Assembly: GCA_963699255.1 (NCBI GenBank)
Contig: OY969425.1
Coordinates: forward strand, 30,001 to 62,000
Source: an uncultured bacterium
Lineage (GTDB): Bacteria > Margulisbacteria > WOR-1 > CAVSGV01
Direction: 5' to 3'
DNA length: 32,000 nucleotides
Numbering within the stretch: the stretch's first letter is position 1; every line of letters starts with the position of its first letter. A program made the translations under genes and the position numbers. Shown here piece by piece: positions 9,419 to 17,000 of the stretch. Under the pieces are notes generated by a model. The model was not told the origin of the DNA. It saw nothing but the letters and a program-made list of their open reading frames with translations, and ran no database searches.

Positions 9419-9947
9419 CGTGGAGGCTTATAAGGCGCCTTCATATTATGCGGGTGATCCTTACAGCAAGAAGCTTGACCTGGATGCGTTCCTCAGATAT
9501 CAAATAGTTAATTGGGATAATAAGAAGAGCGGAGAGAACAGGAGATCCGTGGTCATTACCGGGGATGTGTCCTCGACCGGTATCTTCGGATGGTTGAACA
9601 AGGGATATCCATTTTCGCCCATTCTTTTGGAGCTTACCGCGAATATCGACCTTGGCTGGGGCCATATCAATGGATCATATCAACATATATTTAAAAGCAA
9701 ACATGTGAACGATGGACCGGTAGAGCTGATCCAACCGGGGCTTCAGACCGTGACAGCCCAATGGAACGGCATCTCGGTGGATATGTCCGGCGGGCCGTAC
9801 CAGACCACGAAAGAGGTAAGTCTTACAGCGGAGAAAATCTATGCGGATCCTAACTCCAAGCCGCAGATCACCATAAATGCGGGTAATGTGGATTATCAGA
9901 TAAGAGCCTTAGGACGGGGCCGGATGCGATCGGTGAAAATGCTCTGA
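9324..9947 (+). CDS. Fragment 2 of the same frameshifted gene (genuinely coding about 9379-9916)
   Basis: The protein-like sequence YYAGDPYSKKLDLDAFLRYQIVNWDNKK...ITINAGNVDYQIRALG joins fragment 1 at the G6 run. It leaves the frame at the G4 run 9916-9919. Confidence 0.7.
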   Translation: MGGTPSIRILLRERNSGSGGIFSVDRSRFILDVEAYKAPSYYAGDPYSKKLDLDAFLRYQIVNWDNKKSGENRRSVVITGDVSSTGIFGWLNKGYPFSPILLELTANIDLGWGHINGSYQHIFKSKHVNDGPVELIQPGLQTVTAQWNGISVDMSGGPYQTTKEVSLTAEKIYADPNSKPQITINAGNVDYQIRALGRGRMRSVKML

Positions 9948-10159
9948 CCACGTGGCAGGACGGCGGATCGGCTCCTGTTAAACTATATGTAAGGAGCGTA
10001 AAGCTTATTGACAATGCCCATAACCGTATCTGGGGCCTTAATTCTGCCGGAAAATGGGTACCGCTTTCAGGGGCTCAGCCTACAACGTCGCCGGAAATCC
10101 TGCCGGAATCGAAATTTAATCTCTCCGGCGGATCGCGAACATTCACTTTTCCGGCGGAT

Positions 10160-10507
10160 ATGTGGTCAAGCCTCTTAAGCGATGGAACAAGAAGTTTTAC
10201 CGTGAAAGTGGAATACGGCGCTGATATTTCAAAGCTTCCCCCAGATATAAATGCTCTTAAAAAATACACCTCGGGGAGCAACAGAGTATTGGTCTGGGAT
10301 CCAGATCAAGGTGTCGGGTATGTGCATGATAATTACGTTAGGTGGGACGCTCAAGGCGGATGGGCAGCGTATCATTATGATGACATCAACAGGATCGTAG
10401 TTGATCCGTATGACCCGGCGCAACCGAACGATCCTAATACGAACCCGTATTATGTCGGGCTCATGAAACTGTCGACGATATTCCTTGGAACTACATTGCA
10501 GTATTAA
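10160..10507 (+). CDS. Fragment 3 of the same frameshifted gene (this frame is open from 9887; continuation begins about 9917)
   Basis: My hand translation upstream of Met 10160 gives GPDAIGENALTTWQDGGSAPVKLYVRSVKLIDNAHNRIWGLNSAGKWVPLSGAQ..TFTFPADMWSS. This continues fragment 2 if one G is added at 9916-9919. Confidence 0.7.
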   Translation: MWSSLLSDGTRSFTVKVEYGADISKLPPDINALKKYTSGSNRVLVWDPDQGVGYVHDNYVRWDAQGGWAAYHYDDINRIVVDPYDPAQPNDPNTNPYYVGLMKLSTIFLGTTLQY

Positions 10508-10512
10508 AAGGC

Positions 10513-10528
10513 CCGCAATCGATTGCGG
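10513..10528 (+). terminator. Perfect 16-nt palindrome/hairpin 6 nt after the stop at 10507
   Basis: ccgcaatcgattgcgg is fully self-complementary. No T-tract follows, so terminator function is uncertain. Confidence 0.3.
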
Positions 10529-10633
10529 TGCCTCAGGAATAGGAGTAAAATATACATATATATGTAAAGGCCGGAAATGAAGGAAAACCGCGGGTAACCT
10601 GCCCTTGGCGGGTTTTTGGTCAGGAAGGATAAT

Positions 10634-11053
10634 ATGCGCATAAAAAATTTATTGATAGGGTTAATGACGGTAATGCTGACGGCGATGCTGTCATCTGCCG
10701 CGTTCGCGGTGCTGGATCCCGCGTCAGGCACTTCAACCCCGAACGGTGATTTTATTTTTGTCCCCAACCAGACGAACACCGCGTCGATAGAGGTAGTAAG
10801 GACGTCCGATGATGCTGCGGTGCAGGCGATCAACGTTGCAAGCGGAACCCCGGCCAGCATGGCGACTTCCCCGGACGGAAAAACCCTTTTTGTCGTCGTT
10901 GCCGGAGCTACAGGAAGCAGGGTAAGGGCCTACAGCATAGGTTCCACAGAGCCTTACTTCTTTATCCTATACGGTACTGAGCTCCACCTACACCGCAGGA
11001 AGGCAGTGCGCCATCACCCCCGACGGAAAATACCTTTATGTGGCGAACTATGA
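10634..11053 (+). CDS. N-terminal fragment of the giant surface protein: signal peptide plus first YVTN beta-propeller blades
   Basis: ATG 10634 is preceded by AGGAAGG (10622-10628); the ORF track starts at TTG 10616. MRIKNLLIGLMTVMLTAMLSSAAFA is a classic Sec signal. SPDGKTLFVV is a YVTN-type repeat motif. After about 10955 the frame becomes implausible (..FFILYGTELHLHRRKAVRHHPRRK) while the giant ORF frame reads ..CAITPDGKYLYVANY. Confidence 0.75.
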   Translation: MRIKNLLIGLMTVMLTAMLSSAAFAVLDPASGTSTPNGDFIFVPNQTNTASIEVVRTSDDAAVQAINVASGTPASMATSPDGKTLFVVVAGATGSRVRAYSIGSTEPYFFILYGTELHLHRRKAVRHHPRRKIPLCGEL

Positions 11054-14000
11054 TGATTCATTCGCGGGCGCAGGCAGGAGGGTTTACATACTTGATGTTT
11101 CAAATCCTTCAGCAATGACCGTTGCGGGCAGTTTCCAGGTCGCCGCTTCGGATTCCACGGTCAACCTCTGGGGAATAGCCATAAAACCGGACGGCACAAG
11201 GCTTTATGTGGGAGACAGGTACAACTACTACGGTTATTACAAGGTGTGCGTCTACAACATAGCGGGTGCGAACAGAACAAGTCCCCAGCATGTTACGGAC
11301 ATAAACCTTGGCACGACCAAGAACCCGACCTATCTTGCCGTGAATACGGACGGGAACAGGTTATTCGTGAAAGTGGATGAGACAGCGGATCCGGGCGACG
11401 GCGCCAGAAAAGACGTTGAAATGTACGATATTTCAGGCCCCACGCCTGTGCTTATGGCGGAGGTTTATAAGATAACGGGAAATAATTACAGAAGCTACCT
11501 TCCCGGGGACCATCTTCCAACCGGCAACGATCTGGACACGAGGAACGGCAGCGAGGGTATGGCATTAAGCCCCAACGGCTGGTTCATGTATTTTTCAAAT
11601 TTTAACGGGCCTTCCGGCGACGGGAGCCTTTACTATCGGGATACTTTATACGGCTCTTCGATCGCTAATTTAACGAACGGTTTTGACAGGACAAATCCGG
11701 GGGACATCTGGGTAAGCTGGGGCGGATGCACACAGGAGTCCCCGGCCATCTGGAGCGGATGGCATTCTTCCGACGGCATCATCGCCACAAGAAACAATAA
11801 AGTTTATTTTACTTACAGCGATGTAAGCGTGACCCCGGAATATCTCAGCGTGCCGACGACGACCGACGCGAATATTCCCCCGACAGCGCCGAAAATAACC
11901 TATCCTCTGCCGCAAGCTACTAATGTTTCCGGTTTCATTACCTGGGAGCCTTCGCTGGATGACGGCATCGGTCCTCACGGATTAACATACACCGTTGAAA
12001 CCATAGAAGCTTCGACTCTGGAAGGCGGAACAACCGCCTGGAATCACATGGCTTACACCGCGACGGGCGAGGTATATACGCCTCTTATCGGAGTCAAGCC
12101 CGGCGGAACGTATTATGCCAGAGTGCAGGCTTTTGACGGCACATATACCAGCCCATGGTCCTATACGGGGCCGTTCACCATGGATGCCAATTTCCTTTTG
12201 CCACCCACATGGGAGAGCTCTTATCTGATCACATCCAGAGAAGCGGTGATCGACTGGGCAAGTGTTGCGGCGGCCGACAGTTACATTATCCAGTATAGGA
12301 TAACAGGCGAAGCGACCTGGCACAGCACGTCTGCTATAGCAAGCACATACAGGTATAATTCGACAGATCCAAATCCGAACTATAGGCTTACGAACCTTAC
12401 TCCGAGCGCGACCTATGAGGTGAATTTAATCGCGGTTAGGAGCGGGGTCAAAAGCGTCCCGTCTTCAAAGCCTTATGTTTCTTTCTACACGCTGGAAGAG
12501 CCGTGGGTGAGCCACGCCAGGGTCACGTCGACAGAGGCATATATATTGTGGGGACCTGAGGTAAGCACATTGGAGCTGAATGTTCCGAACGCTGTCAATT
12601 ATGAATGCTGGTACAGGATACAGAATGCGCCTGTGGACTGGACAAGAGTCACATGGCCTTCCGGAAAGCAGGACAGTACAACAATGACAGTGTTGAACGC
12701 CAAGCTGAGCGGCTTAACGGCGTCCACCACATATGAGGTCAGGATGAGGACCGTAGATGCATATGGCGGGCGCTCTCTCTGGTCGCCAATTCATGATGTG
12801 TACACGATGGAGCGGCCGTGGGTGAGCCACGCAAAGGTCACATCAACAGAGGCGTATATATTGTGGGGACCCGAAGAAAGCACTTCTTTTAATATACCCA
12901 ATGCCGCCAGCTATCAATATCAGTATATGAAGAAAACGGATACCTCATGGACCACCGGTCCCGAGCCTCTCAGCAAGAGAGACGATGGAACTATGCCCGT
13001 ATTGAATTTTAAGCTGAGCAATTTAACGGCGTCAACCACATATGAAGTTCAGATGAGAGCGTTGGATGTCTATGGCCGCACTTCCGACTGGTCAGCGACG
13101 GATGAAGTGTATACTCTTGAGAGCCCGTGGGTGAGCCACGCCAAGACGTCAACGAACGAATCGTACATATTGTGGGGTTCCTCGACGAGCTTTGAAGTTA
13201 GGAACGCCACTACCTACGAAGCAAGAGCCAGAATAACATCCAGCGCTTCGTGGGATGCGGTCCCGATCAAAGGGGTGCCTCGATATAATCGCGATGACGG
13301 CACCATGTCGCCGACGTTAAACATCAAATTAAGCTCGTTGCTCGGATTTACTCCGATAGTAAACACTACATATGAGGTCAGGATGAGGGCGAGAAATGCC
13401 GGCGGAGCATCTGACTGGTCCGCCACAAATGAAGTGTATGTGCTGGGGACCCCGTGGGTAAGCGCCGCGAAGGTCACATCGAAAGAGGCGTATATATTGT
13501 GGGGGCCGGTAGGCGAGACCGGGCTGGATGTGACCGGAGCTACAAGTTATCAGTGCTGGTACAGGGTGCAGAATGCGCCTGTGGACTGGACAAAGGTCAC
13601 ATGGCCTGTCGGCAAGCAGGACGATAGGACAATGGCAACGTTGAACGCCAAGCTGAGCGGCTTAACGGCGTCCACCACATATGAGGTCCAGATGAGGGCG
13701 GTTGGATCAGGAGGATACTCTGACTGGTCGCCTATCTATGATGTGTTCACATTTGAGCGGCCCTGGGTGAATCATGCGAACGTCAAAGCGACAGAAGCAT
13801 ACATATTATGGGGGCCTGAAGAAAGCGCTTCTCTTAATATACCCAATGCCGCCAGCTATGTGTATCAATACAGGAAGCCGGCGGATACTTCATGGACCAG
13901 CGGTCCCGAGCCTCTAAGCAAGCAGGACGATGGGACCATGCCCGTGTTGAATTTTAAGTTAACGGGCTTGACGGCGTTGACCACATATGAAGTTCAGATG

Positions 14001-17000
14001 AAAGCGCTGGATTCTATCGGCCGCAGCTCAGACTGGTCCGCCACAAACGAGGTGTTCACACTTGAGTGCCCGTGGGTGAGCCACGCCAAGACGTCAACGA
14101 ACGAAGCGTACATATTATGGGGTTCCACGACGAGCTTTGAAGTGATAAACGCCACGACCTACGAAGCCAAAGCCAGAATAGCATCCAGCGCTTCGTGGGC
14201 TTCCATACCGTCGATAGGGGTTCCGCGATATAACCGCGATGATGCCACCATGTCTCCTACGCTGAACATCAAACTAAGCAAGCTGCTTGGTTATGCTCCG
14301 ACTACCGGCGTTACCTATGAGGTAATAATGAGGGCGGATGGACCGGGAGGATACTCCGACTGGTCGGCCACACATGAGGTGTTCATGCTTGAGAGTCCAT
14401 GGGTGGGGCACGCCAAGGTGGCGACCAATGAGGCGATAATATTGTGGGGCGCCACGACCAGTTTCGAGGTTCAAGGGGCTACTAGCTATCAGGCTATGGC
14501 ATGCGCCAAGAACGGGGCATGGCAGCCGATAGTGAGCGTGCCTAACTTTAATATCGATGATGGGACCATAAGCCCGACGGCTACAAGTATGTTCAATATC
14601 AAATTAAGCAAGTTGCTCGGATCAGCTCCGACACTGAACACTACTTATGAAGTAATGATGAGAGCGGTCGGATCCGCGGGTTACTCCGACTGGTCAGCCA
14701 CTCATGAGGTATATATATTGGGGGCCCCATGGGTAAGCCACGCTAATGTTACAGCAACGCAGGAATATGTGTTATGGGGTCCGATAGGCCAAAGCGGCTT
14801 GAATGTGACCGGCGCGGTAAGTTATGAATATCAATACAAGAGAAAGATAGATACTTCATGGATCGGCGGCTCCGAGCCTCTCAGCAAGAGAGATAATATT
14901 TTGATGAGTTGCTTGAACTTCAGGTTGACCGGTTTGACGGCGTCAACCACATATGATGTTCAGGTGAGGTCGGTCGGGACATACGGTCGCTCCGACTGGT
15001 CTGCCACAGATGAAGTGTACACTCTTGAAAGCCCGTGGGTGAGCTACGCTAACATAACAACAAATGAAGCATCCATATTGTGGGGTTCAACGTCGAGCTT
15101 TGAAGTGATAAATGCGGCAACATATGAAGCTAAAGCCAGGATACAGGGCGGCGCTTCGTGGGATACCATCTCGTCCATAGGTGTGCCGCGATATAACCGC
15201 GATGATCCAACTATGGCTCCAACATTGAACATAAAATTAAGCAAGCTGCTCGGAATTGCTCCGACATCGGGCGTTACTTATGAAGTAATTATGAGAGCGG
15301 ATAATGCCGGCGGAGTTTCAGACTGGTCAGCCACAGCTGAGGTGTTCATGATAGGGACCCCGTGGGTAAGCCACGCGAAGGTTTCGTCTAAGGAAGCTTA
15401 TGTGTTGTGGGGACCGATAGGTCAAAGCGGTCTGGATGTGACCGGAGCCTCATCTTATGAATGCCGATACAGGATAAAGGGAGCGCAGGTGCCGTGGACA
15501 ACGAAGATCGAGCCTCTCGGCAAGCAGGACGATCCGACAATGCCTGTATTGAACTTCGAGCTTAGCAATTTAACGCCGTCCACAACATATCAGATCCAGA
15601 TGAGGGCGGATGGAACAGGAGGGAACTCCGGCTGGTCGGCAACAGATGAGGTGTATACTCTGGAGACCCCGTGGGTGAACCATGCGAACGTCAAAAAGAC
15701 AGAAGCATACATAATATGGGGATCGATAAGCGGAGGGTTGGACGTTCCCAACGCCGCCTATTACAAATATCAATACAAGAAGCTGTCGTCCGCGGTATGG
15801 ATGAGCGGTACTCAGCCTCTCGGCATGAAAGACGATCCATCAATGGCCGTGTTGAACTTCAGGCTGGCTGGATTAACGGCATCGACCTCGTATGAGGTCC
15901 AGATGAAGGCGGTAGACGCCCTCGGCGGCGAATCCGACTGGTCGGCCATTGATTATTTCATAACGATACAAGGCCCGTGGTGGATAGATGTAAGCCATGT
16001 AACCGGAACATCCGCTCTTATTTCCTGGGATAATACGGCTCCGGGAGTGACACAGTATGATCTTAGGTACAGCACGGCCCCGTCGGCGGAACTCGGGACA
16101 GCGGTCCTTACTACGGATGCCCAGCTTGCCGTCACCGGTCTTAGTACGAATACACAGTATTACGCGAAAGTGAGGGCGATAACCGCTGCCGGCCCGAGCA
16201 GCTGGACGAGTGTTGCGCCCTTCTTTACAAATCCTGTTGTAGGCCCGTCATGGATAGCTGCTTTCAATACGACAACAACAGCAACAATGGTCACGTGGGA
16301 AGGTGTATCCGGCGCAACATCGTATGAAGTGAATTACGGGATAAATACCATGCCCATGGTGTGGACTTCCTGGGCTCCGTCGCCGCAGGATCAGAATTAC
16401 GGCGGTCCTATTACAGGATTGAACCCGAGGACATGGTATAACCTGAGGGTCAAGCTGCACAGCGGCGCAAGCGCAAGCGAGTGGTCACCCACGGCGTTAT
16501 TTTATACGATACCCGCTCCGACCGGTGTTACACAGATAGGCTCCACCGTGACCACAGCGACCATTACATGGGAGCCCGTGGACATGGGCGGAGGAACGCC
16601 CGCACCCGCTTACGAGATAAGCTGGGGCGTGGATGCTACTGCTTCCGGAAGCGGTGATGCCGTAACGGGCAACATTAATTATACTATGACAGGATTAACG
16701 ACCGGCTTAACATATTATGTGACGGTCAGGGCACGCGAGAGCTCCAATCCTTCCGATGGATACAGCGATTGGTCCCCGTATCCGGCACTGCAGGTAGTGG
16801 CATCGGGAACCATGGGTCCTGTCGCTCCAGCGTGGTCAAGCCATTACCTGGTCACTTCGAATGAGGCGGTGGTGAACTGGGGAAGCGTTGCACTGGCGGA
16901 CCATTATATCGTGCAATATAAGAAATTGACCGATGCGACCTGGGCCAGCGTAGAGGTGCTAAGCACATATCAATACAATACAGCCGATACGAACCCGAAT

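Noticed and set aside
107-10507. A prophage tail module, with the long helical protein as tape measure followed by baseplate/fibre-like proteins
   Set aside because: I recognised no capsid, terminase, portal, sheath/tube, integrase-att or lysis genes. The block shares a host-type promoter motif with the PorV-SLH gene. The helical protein has TPR-like rather than tape-measure-like repeats. The idea is not fully excluded without structure searches.
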